Shown: one piece after another, positions 51,294 through 64,000 of the stretch
Layout of the letters: each line of letters begins with the position of its first letter
Position numbering within the stretch: the first letter of the stretch is position 1
Origin: Spongospora subterranea f. sp. subterranea
Taxonomy: Eukaryota
Length of the DNA: 64,000 bases
Direction: 5' to 3'
NCBI GenBank assembly: GCA_049724395.1
Contig: JAUGWO010000112.1
Location: 310,001 to 374,000, forward strand
Made by a program: the position numbers and the translations under genes
The notes under the pieces: model-generated
Databases searched by the model: none
The model's input: the letters and a program-made list of their open reading frames with translations, nothing else
Told to the model about the DNA's origin: nothing

Positions 51294-53703
51294 TTTCCGT
51301 GCTCAAGATCTGCACAAGCCCCAGAAAGCCTCAACACAAACTGTTCGTTTTCGGGAATGGAAGTCGATGGCTGTCGATAGGGGACAAGGCGAACAAAGTA
51401 AATCCTGAAACTCCAAGCGGATGATGTTCAGGGGTTCAAACAATGTTTTTGGGATACACTTCTTCACACAACCTGAGTTCCAGACCCTTTATGTCATGAA
51501 CAGACCCTGGCCATCCGGCAATTACGTTATGGTCGAACGTAACAGTGAAAGAGTACTGGCACTTCCGACTCCAATAAACTCAATCTTCCAGACCAGGGCA
51601 CTGGAATAGGACAGCATGCGTCCAATCTGTTGATGGAACGCAACCAGGAAAGCCGAATTCAGTCTTTGTTATTTGTCAGGCAAATAAATGTACTAACTCA
51701 GCATATTCAAGGCAGCAATAACACGTTCGTTATACAATGCCACAGTTCCAAATCCAACCATTTCTGGGTTATTAGGGAAGACCAGCAATCTGCAACAGCA
51801 ATTTCAGTAAGTTGGAGGTTCGCAATATCAGCCTCGCCGTCGCCAAAATTCTACCTCTAAAGGGTACTGTGAAAAATTTCACCTGGAAGTCAGAGTTATC
51901 GGGCAAACTTTCGCTCATTTTTGCATGAACTATCGAACTTGCTACTGAAATTGCTGTTGCGGATTGTCCGATCTTCCAAAAGGATATGGCATGCGAGGGA
52001 ACGTTTGCTGGCTAAGTCGGACTTCCTGGTGAAAGGTATCAACCTCAAAGATGGTAGAATACGTAGGGCTCCCAGGTCCCCAATTTGAGGGTTTGATATT
52101 GCGAGCCTAAGACAGAGATAATTAGGATAACACACCTTTCATGGACTGTGATAGTTTATTGGCAGAGCGCAACAGCATAAGGTGCGAATCGTCGGTGTGT
52201 AAATCGACACAAACTGTACTACATTAGCACTGCATTTTAAGACCTTTCAAACCAAACTAAAAACGGGCCACTTTAAAACCCCCTATTCTGCTGTAGAAAC
52301 ACCATCTGAACCGTATCGAACCCCCAGACTTTTAATTCCCCCCGCTTCAATAATTATAGGGCACATGTTCGTATAGATGACCATTTGCCCCGTAGGTCCG
52401 TGGTTCATTATTTCGGAGTCCGGAGTGTTTCACAATCATAATACAATCATGCATTCCGTCTCTACTTCTGAAGCTCTGTCTCGACTGTTAATAAAGTAAG
52501 TTAGCCACAACTGCACGTATGGTATTGGCCAATGATGATTAAACTCCATGCTAATGCTGATCTCATGACGAAAAACCTATCTCTATATAATCTGAGGCCT
52601 CAATACATTCATTGCAATGTACCTATGAAAATATTCATATCTGACTGTTTGTTCTTTCTCAGGTGAATGAAATAATGTTGCTGAATAATGTGTGTGTTAT
52701 GAGTTTTAGATTATAGTCCCGTTGTTATTGCATTTGTGTGTACAGCCTTTGAGCACGTGATGGTGTGATGACCTTGGCTGAAGGATAAACAATGCTATAT
52801 CATTCTAGATTGGCCCATATATTTTCTGACTAGATTAACAACTCGGAAATATCAATGGTTATTCTAAGACATCTGTCCAACCTTACAATAAATGTTTAAG
52901 ATTCAATTGATGCTTTATCGTTGTTGTAAATCTGTAGTTACGGTAGTTGTACAGTTAACAGCAAATCTTAAAGTTATCAATTTTCCATGATAACACAGCA
53001 CACGAAGCTCTGTTATCAAAGATATCGTCAAGACATTTCTAGTGACAGAGTTGTTTTCCATCTTGTATTGTCGATTAATGAAAACATTGATTGATCGCCA
53101 TATTTCAGCTTGAACAAACAATACCAAACTATAGTGAGTTTACGGATTTGAAATCGGCCACTGTCAATGATGGCGTGAACAGGAGGGCATGCCGCATGCG
53201 ACGTGCATTCAAAATAGAACCTTGGTCACTGATAATCCTGTCAACGTACAGTCACACTCATTATTGCATGGCACAGACCACGATTTCTTGCCTATCCGCA
53301 ATTTCGGTTATCAACTGATTGATAAACGAATCATTTGTAAAATCTCACGTTTGTGCAAGCATTACTCAGTCTAGAAAAAACTGTAAGTCTGTTTTGTGAC
53401 GTTGCTTTTCCAGTTGCAATGATGACTTATTCTTCTAATTCGGAAGTTATGACGAATGAAAACATTTCAAGCTCAACAGTCTGAGCTTTCCGAAAGATTA
53501 CTTCACCCATTTGCGTAAACCTTTCTGAATTCTGGTATGCCCTGCAGGTTTTTCTTGGACGCATCGGGCCTTATTTCCCCATCCTGTTGTCTTAGACATT
53601 GTTTTCATTCTGGTGAAGCAGATTATATGGACTTCAAAAATTTGATAAAATAACAATATTTGGGTATCAGCAAGTTTGCCGATAAAGCCGATGGTGGTGG
53701 ATT

Positions 53704-54081
53704 TTACTTTTTATATTTAGCTGCGATTTTTCTTTGCAATTCAACGTTTCTGGCACTTCGTTTTGCAGCGGGATCAGGCTTAGCATCATCCTCAGTTGTG
53801 CCGAGTAAGAATGGGTCGATTATCTTGTCAATCGCAAGATCAACGGTCCTTTGAAGGTCTCCGAAAAACGTTCTGCTCAATACATCACTGTTCTCATCTC
53901 GCAATTGAGCGAATTTTTCACGAACGCCACCTAGCAATCCTTGGCGCTGACGAACGCGGCGATATACAAGTCCAGCTATTCCTCCAAGCGACGTCACGAG
54001 CACCATCGCTCTTGGATTGGATACGGTCATCGCCAAGACGATCACCGCCAGGCCGATCACTATTGGTGAAGGAGTGTTCAT
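53704..54081 (-). CDS. Small hypothetical membrane protein
   Basis: MNTPSPIVIGLAVIVLAMTV... two hydrophobic segments, then a charged tail. Confidence 0.45.
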   Translation of the reverse strand: MNTPSPIVIGLAVIVLAMTVSNPRAMVLVTSLGGIAGLVYRRVRQRQGLLGGVREKFAQLRDENSDVLSRTFFGDLQRTVDLAIDKIIDPFLLGTTEDDAKPDPAAKRSARNVELQRKIAAKYKK

Positions 54082-54749
54082 CTTCTCAAATTGATTGGGT
54101 CGACAAGTTGATGAAAAGCGCGATATGTCCGGTATATCGGATGAGTATGACACGTAATTCAACTCTACAGTCCAATGTGTGGGTTCAATTCCCACTATAT
54201 CGAATTCAATACCACTGTAATTTATACAAACATAAAAAATCGAATTTAACTTTTTCGGAAAAAAATAGAGATTACTGATCAACCTGATAAATTCAGCTGA
54301 TCAAGATCACCGGCTGTTGCGACATCGTTATGGGTGAGCGGTTATCAGGAGTTCTGTTTCCTTTAAGAGATGCCAGGAACTATACTTTTGAGAGGCCCTA
54401 GGTGCCGGCGAGTTCACCCATGTATCAAATCCCTGTTGGGATGTCGCTGTTGGACAAACGGTACACAGATGCTGCCTAATTCTTGACGTCGGCCAGCAGC
54501 ATTGCTTAACGAACCACTGCGGTACGTGGAAGCGCCACAAGAACGTTTTTGTTTTAAATGGGAAATGCCAAGATGACCGTTGCCAAATCGCACAAACACC
54601 AAATCACAATCTGAGAAATAGAGCAACCCAAAAACTACATGCCGAACGGTGAAAATATGTACTTATTTTGTTCCCGGAAACCAAAACCATCTCCGATGTT
54701 AATGATCCTTCAGCGTCCTCATTGATACTACATGTTCCTCTTTCAATTT

Positions 54750-57700
54750 TTATTGCTCAGGGCCTTCTGTGCCTTCGGGTTTCAGACCTTCGTAGCACGT
54801 TAGGCCAAAGTTATTGACCATTGTGTCGTCTGCGCCTTTAGACACCAAATATGCTGCCAGTTCCTCATATTTGTATGCAAAGCAATAGTGTAAAGCTGTT
54901 TGACCTTGTTTCTGCAATCATAGTATTGGTTAAATTGCATCGTCAGAAAGAACTGTTAATCCATACGTTTTGCTTATTTATATCTGCACCCCATCGTAAA
55001 CATGCCTTAACCATACGTTTAGATCCACATTGACAAGCCACATGTAAACACGTATTTCCGTGCTCATCAAATGTGTCAACAGGAACTCCCAGAGAGAACA
55101 ACTCCTCAACTTGTTTCGTGCTGACCAGAAAAACTCAGCGCAGATTGATATCTGACAATGGCGAAAGGGCTACCGGTTATTAAGGCACTTTGTGAATAAA
55201 TCTTTTTGTTGCTCAGCAGTTAGTGTAGGTTCTTCGTCGCTGATGTGCTGCTTCTCGATGTCGGCTTCATTACCAACGTCTGCGTTCAGGTCGAATTCTG
55301 CTTCACCTGCAACCGTGCCAGCAGCTGTCCTTGATGGTGTAGCTGCATCTTGAGCTCGAACAACACTGGGAGAAACGCTTTTGTCATTCAACGCCGCGAT
55401 CTGGCGTGATTCCAGTGCAGTAGATCCGTCTAGACCTAATGAGGTATGTTTTCCTTCAGATCAACAAAAGGGCAACATCATTCATTTAGCCACAAACCAG
55501 TTACCCCCGCAACAGCTGTCTGTCCAATCATCTTGGCAGTACCCAATGAAGGCTTTGGACGAGCTTGCCAGACATTTGCCTTTGCAAAAACGGTCATTGA
55601 CAGAAACAATATTCCTTAAAGCGTACTTTGGCTTGTTCAGCGACGACAGGCCTGTACGGGTTCATTGTCGCCGTTTTTATTCCACGAAGAGGAGCCTAAC
55701 ACATATTGATCAACACCAAAATGGCAGAGTTGACGCTTTGATCGATTCGACCTGATTGTCATAAGACATTCCGGCAATCCGTGCCGATAGTAAAGCCGAT
55801 CCTAACGTTGTGATTGGTTGCGGTTTTGCTCTATCAGCCAGATTGATACGCGCGTTATTAGATTGTTGTAATGATGCCTAATAGGATCATGTTCTGTTAA
55901 AACCCAACAGCGCGTTGACTTAGCTTTACACTAATACCTGCATCTGCTGCTGCTGCTGCTGTATCCCATCCTGCATTGCAAGACCCTGAGTTTGCTGTGC
56001 CAGCAGCATGGCCATCATCTCTTGATTGAAACCATGTGCAGCGTTTTGTGAGTTATTTCCGGCCAATATTCCTATCCTAATGCGTCAACTGTAATGTTAC
56101 AGGAAACCAAGACAGTACTCACCTTCCGCCTTTAACTGATTCACTATCGCAGCAGTTAGCTCCTGAACCAGCCCTTTTGGAGGCTCGTCTTGGATATCAA
56201 TTGTATTCTGGTTAACCGGGTCCGTTTCGATCTAGAGAGTCCATTTCAGATTCGGCGTTGTGGTGCACTAACTGTCACAAAAAATACCTCAGGAATTTCT
56301 ACGTTATTTTTCATTTTAGAAACGTCATCAACGTCAAACTTCCCCTCTTCTGCCTTTCCTTCATCGTTAGGACTATTGTCAACGGTCTTCTCTGGTTCGG
56401 TCGCCAAGGCGATCTGAAATACTAATGTTAATGGAGTTTTTGACATCAAAGCAGATTGAGTTTGATACAGTTGCTGGTTCAATTGTCTCAACGTCATCGA
56501 GCCCTAAATCTATATCGCTTGGTATGAAATCTAAAGTAGACCATCGACATGAGTGATTCATCATCCAAAAGACACGGTGTTTCAACCTTTTTGAAGCGCA
56601 GTTGCTCGCTTGCACGGCGCGGCAACAGTACGTTTGTCTGCAAGTACATCTTCCCATGGAGTCTTGATTACATGGTTAATCGGGTCTTGAATCTGCGGCG
56701 ACGTATCCGTAATCGGTCGAACTTTTCTGTGGATTGCAGTTGGCCATCAGACGAAAACAAAGATATCCTCATTTTATACCTTGATTCCAACGGTGGTACA
56801 GGACCGCCATAAGATATTGTCGATGGTGGCTCCTAAACATGCAATAAGTTATGAAAAAGCTCATAGGTTCATCGGATGATATACCTCTCGATAGGCAGGT
56901 CCTGCCGATTCATCAAGACCATATGGCTCTGCAATGGGACGATATAGGATCTGCGAGTATTTGGCATCAGGAATCACTAAGGTGGTTTCGTGAGCGAACG
57001 CTTCGATTAAATATGGGCTCAACAACGGCTTTGGCAGTTGATCTTCCGGAATTGTGGCGTTAATTTGAACGTAGTTCATATTGTTGACTAGAATAACGAT
57101 AAGAAGTTGAAATTCGAGACCATGGCGAAATACCCCCTGCTTCAGTCGCTCGAACAACAATATCTTCTGTTGTCATTGGTGGACGGTTCCCTCTATCTTT
57201 CTGCATATTGTTGCCGTTGTCTGATTGTACATGTCCTTCCGCCTTGGGAACAGCTAGCGTCTGATCGGCGCGTGAATTGACTTTTCGAACAAGACTCTAA
57301 GGACAACGGTTCAATTGGCGATTCTGGATATTTGTGTCAATTTCAGAGACATCAAGTTTGGCATTTAAGGACATCGACGAACGGGTATCCCTCTGCCCAT
57401 TATCGCTTGTTCCAACAACACCAATTTTCAACTCAGGATGATCGTCAGCGATTCTACTCTCTTTTCTTGTTGATCGTTCAGATTCCTCTAAACTCTGCAT
57501 TGCCGGCTCTATTCAGATCGTCTTTGATCGAGGCGAGGGGATGGTTACAGATGGTTCGATTTACCTTTGGTCAACGCCTTGAGTTTTGCCGTTACTGCCG
57601 GATCTGTTGAAAAGAATGGAGACGATCGCACCGTTTGACGAATGACATGCTCATTGAGCTGCCCTCCAAGAACATCCGTCAATATCTCCAGAACGTCGTC

Positions 57701-58408
57701 GTCAGGTGTCGTCTTGGGAATGAACTTCATCTGCTCAACAGGAACAGACGTCTTACCTGATCGGCCTTATTCACACAGATGGTCCATTGAGTATTAGTGT
57801 TTTACCTGTAATAACAGATAACGCCTTCTTTTCAGATTTGGTCATGGTTGCTTTGGTAGACAATTTTGATTTCTTTTCAGTCGTTGTATAAGCCTTTGAT
57901 TGTTTCTTTATCCCTTAACAGTTGGGTTCGAGTTGGAGCACGAACTTTTAACGATTTTCGAATTTCCGATTGAGCTCGTGCAGTGTCAGACTTCCTAACG
58001 CTTTTCTTCCACTTTTTTTTGGTTTTTGATTTGGCGTTAGAAGTGGCATGATCCTCTGGGAGGGTTGGATCATTTTCTAAGACCTATTTCAGGGTGAAGT
58101 TATGAGGGAGTATATCTATATAGCCGGAATTTGGCGGTTACCTTTGACCAAACTGTAGGTCTGCCGCGATGCAATTGTTCTGACCTTTGAGCAATCGGTG
58201 TCGTCGAGCTAGATAAGGCATCAACTTTGGACACACGCCTTTGGACAGCTTTGTTATCGTCAATGTCTGACTCAATATTCGCACCTGATTCTGCCACATT
58301 GTGTCTGTGCCTTTTAGTTAACTCGTCAATATTTGACCCTTTATCTGTTAGATAGCGCTCGACATCCTCCCCGTAATCATATAACGGTCTATCTTCCTGC
58401 TCGGCCAT
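54750..58408 (-). CDS. Large multi-exon protein with C-terminal ankyrin repeats (may be more than one gene)
   Basis: 3' exons read VPVDTFDEHGNTCLHVACQCGSKRMVKACLRWGADINKQN|QGQTALHYCFAYKYEELAAYLVSKGADD; upstream exons are low-complexity. Confidence 0.6.
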
Positions 58409-59175
58409 AAATTCACACCTAATCAACAAAGATCGAGTACGATGACATAACGGGAATGAGATTATAGGTATCTGTTTTTGGTTCTATAGCGCATTGAGCG
58501 CGTCGGTAGAATTGAGCGGAGTAGCAAATAGGCGTTTATTATCAAATACCACATAAATAAAGCAAATGTGCTAAGACCATCGCAGATATTCATATTCCAT
58601 TAAGCATGGTGCATGACTTTTTAGGCTTATTTCCCCAGATTTAGATGAAACCCCTCTCTAGGAATGCAAAATGATCTTGAAAAACAATACACCTTTGATA
58701 TTGATGTTTTTAGGGGCGTGACGATCCTTATGATAGAAACAGAGGCGGATGAAGATTTGTCACTGGCTGTTCACCAGATGTTTGTGATTGAACGACCGAT
58801 GAAATAGACATGCCGTGACCGTTGTTTATATGGCAGCAATGCTCACGGTCCGACCATGTAGAATGATCAAGATCGCCCCCGAATTGATGGACGCCCCCGA
58901 TCATGTGCGATAGGGGGAAGACAATGATTGGAGGTCTTTAGAGTGATGGAGTGGAGAGATGGAAACGTGTCACGGAGTATATGTGGAGAAGGGCTGAAGA
59001 GTGAAGAGCTGACAAGGGGTCTCTATCTCACTCTAAGGAACCTTTCTATAAACCTGTAGGGTCTATAATACCCCTCTACCCTCTCTGCCTGATTACGCCC
59101 CAATATATTACACAATAATCACCTCTTACCACACGCCCTATCAAACATCCCCACCGATATACCCACCGGTCCTGC

Positions 59176-60142
59176 ATGCAACTGAATAGCACCCAATCAA
59201 CCAAGCATACTGTTCCTGTTCTAGCTTGCGTACTAAAACAGCTTTGTGCTCGTAATGACCAGGTCCCTCTACCCTTCTCTTTGTTTTTTTTTAGGTTCAC
59301 ACACTAATCTTTTTTCATTATCCGCTTTGTTGTAAAAACTTGGTTTACCTTATTTATTAAGCCCCCGCCAAAGATTGACTCCCATATACTGTTTTTGATG
59401 TTGGATTATTTTAGTTGGTCCTGGATCCCGATTCGGTTACGAAATTTCACGCCCTGAAGCCTCCAGCTATAACAATCCTTGATTATCTCGAAAGGTTTGG
59501 TGATCGTTTGTAGTCTGTCCCAATATTTAACGTCACTCATGCAGAATAAGGAAATACGCATCCTGCAGCGACGAGTGTTTTGTTTTAGCTCTAGTTTACA
59601 TTGACCGGATAATTCAAAGCAATCATAACTTCACCGTCAATTCGCTCAATGTACATCGATTGTTGATTACTAGGTATGTGCACGCTTCCGGGGCTGTGTG
59701 TATGTATTTGTTTACCTTCGTTGCTTTCAGTGTTATGCTCGCGGCTAAGTTTTTCGATGACCAATATTTCAACAATGCGTATTATGCCAAGGTCGGGGGT
59801 GTTCCTTGCCATGAAATCAATTCCCTGGAAGTAGAATTTTTATTCATGATTAATTTTTCCTTGTTCGTCACTAGTGATGCCTATATGCAGGTAATTGCTG
59901 TACTTCCACCTAGTATTATTGCTCACATTACCGATAATCAGTATTATACCGAGCTCTGCAATCATGCTCTCAACAGCGGATGTTCATGTCAGGAGGATGC
60001 CGGTCCCTTAAGTGATTTTTTTCCCAGGTCCACGGTTGCTATCGCTTCCGAACCTTCCGAACCCAAAAGTGTTTCTACAAATACAAGGCCTTCACAAAGG
60101 CGTTCAATAACGAGGAGTCAAACAAGAGTTGTCACTCAATAA
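59176..60142 (+). CDS. PHO80-like (P/U-type) cyclin
   Basis: [72 protein letters not shown]...NSLEVEFL. Confidence 0.92.
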
Positions 60143-60626
60143 AACCTTAATTAATTATTCGAAAATTGTCTTCTACTGTACAACGTTTCTTTGCTATTCT
60201 GTTAATTCCTGTTTACTTAATGAGTTCAATCATGCTTTATTTCCCAAATAAATTAATCAAATGCCACGTCCTGGAACCCGGCGTTGGATATCCGGAAGCC
60301 GTGGAGTTGAGGTGGGTGGGTCTGTAGTCTGTACTGGACTACGTGGCCAGCCACAGAGATTGAATAAGAGGTTGACGTTACTTGCCGTTAATGCCGTCCT
60401 GTTACAGTCAGGATAATACTGATAATACTGCACTCTCATGCCACACTGGCGGGTTGCTGGCTCAGCCCAATATTGATCATCTCGATCTTAAAACACCGAG
60501 CCAGCACTTAAAACACAGTCAGTATTATTAGATTATCTGTGACGATATTTTTTCTTTGATAAAATCTTTTCTGGTTTCGTGAATCTTGAGGATTGTTTGT
60601 TTCTCAATCCACATATATATGCAGGA

Positions 60627-62382
60627 ATGGCGACACCTAGTGTCGCCCTCTCACTCAAAACATTGAATGCCAATGTTCTTCTCGCCCGTTATGCTGTTCG
60701 TAGTGAGATTGCCGCGCGGGCGACTGTATTGGCTAGACGACTAGATAATGGGGACGTATCGCTTCCGTTCAAGTCGATAATATCGTGCAATATCGGTGAT
60801 TATTTTGTCGATTTTCCGTCATCCATTGCTCATGATATGTACTCGATTAGGCAATCCTCATGCACTTCTTGGTCAAAAGCCTCTAACTTACATTCGGCAG
60901 GTGCAAACTTATTTTTCCGTTTTTTTCTGCATTTTTGATATTAGTTTTAGGTTTTGTCGTTATGTGTCAATCCCGACCTACTTTTAACGAAAGGAATTTT
61001 TCCTCTGGATACCATCAAGCGTGCGAAACAATTGCTTGCCACCATTCCGGGAGGTGTAGGTGCCTATTCTAATAGTCAGGTATCTTGTGTATATGTAATT
61101 GTTATCTTGCTACCCGTTGACGTGATTGTTAGGGCCTTGAATGTGTCCGTTCTGATATTGCTGCATTTTTACGCAATCGGGATGCGGTTGATACATCCAT
61201 CGACGAAATCTACTGTACAAAAGGGGCTTCTGAGGCCGTCAAGATGACACTTGAATGCTTGATCAGGAATGGCCAAGATGGAGTCCTTGTTCCTGTACCT
61301 CAATATCCTCTCTATTCAGCAACCCTGACTTGCTTAGGGGGGCAAACACTTGGCTATTATCTTGATGAAGATGATCAATGGTCTCAGTCTAAAGCTGAGC
61401 TCACCCGTGCATATAACGATGCTGTTTCTAGCGGTATAAAGGTTCGTGCCTTGGTCATCATTAATCCAGGCAATCCGACTGGCCAAGTGCTGGATCGCAA
61501 AACTTTAGAGTCCACGATTGAATTTTGTGCTGAGAATAATCTCGTAAGTATTCCCTCCCTGCCTAAATTTACCTGTAATCACTGCTCAGCTAATAGGTGT
61601 TGATGGCTGATGAGGTTTATGCCGATAATGTATATGCTGAAAATTGCAAGTTTTTTTCATGTCGGCGTGTAGCATATGAAATGGGAGTGCCTGTCCAGAT
61701 GGTCTCATATAATTCCATTTCTAAAGGTATAACCTTTATCTTCTTGTTAGAGTGACTCTCATTAATGGAAACTTTTAGGATTCACTGGCGAGTGCGGTCT
61801 TCGTGGAGGATATATGCACTTATGGAATTTCGACAAGGACGTGATGTAATACCATCATGAGGCAATCTTGGTTCAACGTCAACGCTGAATGGTAATCTTA
61901 GGGAACAGATGACCAAATTGGCTAGTATGAGCCTGTGCTCCAACACAATTGGGCAACTTGCTATGGCTCTTCATCTTGCTCCTCCGCGGCCGAATGAGCC
62001 CTCGTATGAGCTTTATATTTCAGAACGGGACAGCATTCTTAGTAGTTTAAAGAATCGAGCAATGCGTATCTCTGAGGCATTTAATAGACTCGATGGTATG
62101 TCCTGCACGATAATTCAAGGCGCCATGTACGCGTTCCCTCGCGTTAACATCCCTCAAGGGGCGGTTGTTATGTCCAAGTCCAAAGGGTATCCTCCTGATG
62201 AACTATATGTCAGGGAGTTATTAGAGGAGACAGGAGTTGTATGTGTTGCTGGTAGCGGGTTTCTGCAAAAGGACGGTACTTATCATTTCAGGATTACAAT
62301 ATTACCCCCTGAAGATCAAATCGATCAAGTTATCCAATTAGTCTCACAATTTCATGCAAGGTTTATGAAACGGTATTCTTAA
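60627..62382 (+). CDS. GPT: Alanine aminotransferase (class I PLP aminotransferase)
   Basis: YAVRSEI, CNIG|NPHAL, GAYSNSQ|G, PVPQYPLYSA, VIINPGNPTGQ, MADEVY, SISK|GFTGECGLRGGY, QGAMYAFP, GSGFLQKDGTYHFRITILP. Confidence 0.95.
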
Positions 62383-63429
62383 AACCAAGCCATATTGTTA
62401 AAAAAAAATATTCAGTAAATCACATCGTATATTTCCCTATATATGATTATATCAGAGCCCCTATTAGCTTTGATACCCGTGTCGGGCTCTGCGGTATCCG
62501 CCACGGACATCTCGCATCCGGCATCTCGCAATAGTTGTCGACCTCTGGGCAACAAAGGTTCTCAGCGTCATTTCGTTCGTGAGCGGAATAGGCCGGACCC
62601 TCGATATGCAAAACATGAACATGGGCGGGCACATTCCCAATAGTTTTTACTCTACTTGAAGGCTCAAACCGGACTCAAGGGACAATGGTAGACTCTGGTT
62701 ATCCTTATTGTTATGTTTTTGCCGATTGTGATGACAAAAAACCAGTCCTTTTTTCTTAATCAATTGTGACGACAAATGTTTCAGCCTTGTCTGACTAGAT
62801 CGTTTTGTTTTTTGCATGCCGGGTTGCCTAGCTTATCATTAACCGCCTCATAGATATATAGTGCATCGGACGTCAAGTTCGTCACGGTGGGGTTGTAAGG
62901 TTGGAGGCTCATCAAAAGCTCTCGACTATGCTGCAGCAGCCTAGTTAAATTGGTCCATGGTAAGTAATTTTAGGCAATCAAAGCATTTACCTATTGTGAT
63001 GACAAAAAACCAGTCCTTTTTTCCTAACCAAATATGACGACATTTGTTTCAGCCTTGTCTGAATCATTTTCAAGTTGATTTATTTTTGATTTCATTCACA
63101 CTCTTGATTAACATTATGCATTACAGAAAACAGTTAGATTCTCATCGAAGCACGGTGGATCAGTTGCATCATGTCGAGTATATAGCTGTGTTGTCAAAAC
63201 CCGCCAAAATGAGTAACGGTTGATGAAGACCTATTTTCAAAATTCGCGTGAAGTTTGTGAGCTTGACATCTGCAAAATCAATGCCAATAATAAACAGATG
63301 GCACAGGAGATTATACTGCAGTCTGTCAATTGTATATTTCTATCGAAGCGGTCTTTCAGGACGATATCGGGTTCCCTGTAGGACCTGTTATGCATAAAGT
63401 CTAACCGGTAGATTGTATTCCTTTCGTTT

Positions 63430-64000
63430 TAGGCAATGTATTCGGGTGGGGCCAGGTCCCATTCGGTCTATGATTAAACATCCAATGTTCATCATATGGA
63501 ACCAAAGCTGGTTGCAGGAACAAGTGGTTGCGAGAAAAGCCACTGCTGGCTTCTCATCCGACAATTCGAATGTTTGCATCAGACAAACAAATGAAGTGCT
63601 GTGTTTTTCCTCGTGAAACGATTGTTTCGTCACTGTGATCCTTTGTATTGAGCTCTTCGGCGATCGATAGATGTACCAATCTTTTGATGGCTCAGAAAGT
63701 GGCAACTATTGATGATGATGTCCAAGATATGCTCAACAATCTCGACAACCTCATGAGCAGTCAGAGTTTTGGAACTCCAAGGATGGCTCTCTCAAAGTTA
63801 TATTCGAATACTGGTAAAACACCATCCGTTCCAGTTGATGTGCATCGCACGCCTCTCAAAGATCAAGATCTGGATGAGTTGTTGAAGAGTATAGATCAGT
63901 CAATTTCTACCGATCCAAACAGCTCTAAGAATACCGAACAATTCGTGGGTAAATGTTCGGTGGGTGTCAGTATCTGGAGCCGTATCAGCCTGTTCCCATC
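63430..64000 (+). CDS. Hypothetical protein running off the window end
   Basis: Frame open from ~63650 to 64000 (AQKVATIDDDVQDMLNNLDNLMS...) with probable upstream exons. Confidence 0.35.

Noticed and set aside
52140..53700. AT-rich stretch examined for a hidden nuclease (Fanzor/TnpB) or viral gene
   Set aside because: Only short ORFs with no RuvC, zinc-ribbon or viral motifs; it may hold unrecognised small exons
62725..63062. ~70-bp direct repeat (62725-62794 and 62993-63062)
   Set aside because: Short diverged local duplication with no LTR termini or internal coding sequence

Overview
Gene-dense eukaryotic nuclear DNA with many short (~50-60 bp) GT-AG introns and a flagellar gene, consistent with a compact flagellated-protist genome (a plasmodiophorid-like organism is my guess, not shown). 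About 20 intron-split genes are recognisable: an ATRX/RAD54-like SNF2 ATPase, CFAP73/CCDC42-like protein, RPL35 (apparent 1-nt frameshift), an ARM-PH protein, an LCCL membrane protein, GTP cyclohydrolase I, a syntaxin, an MFS transporter, MLH3, PCID2, CTU2, an LYRM7-like protein, MSH2, a DMT-like transporter with a possible SPX-like N-terminus, a PQ-loop protein, SYS1, REV3, an ankyrin protein, a PHO80-type cyclin and alanine aminotransferase. Three gene-free islands (~13.1-15.4, 28.1-33.1 and 49.8-52.2 kb) share an architecture of decayed transposon fragments, diverged foldback (hairpin) duplications with 29-57 bp loops (clear in the first two islands, faint in the third), and homogeneous 26-110 bp tandem arrays. 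A nearly intact DD39D mariner with a Stowaway-type TIR lies at 42.5-44.0 kb. Exon boundaries and identities were read by eye and are approximate.
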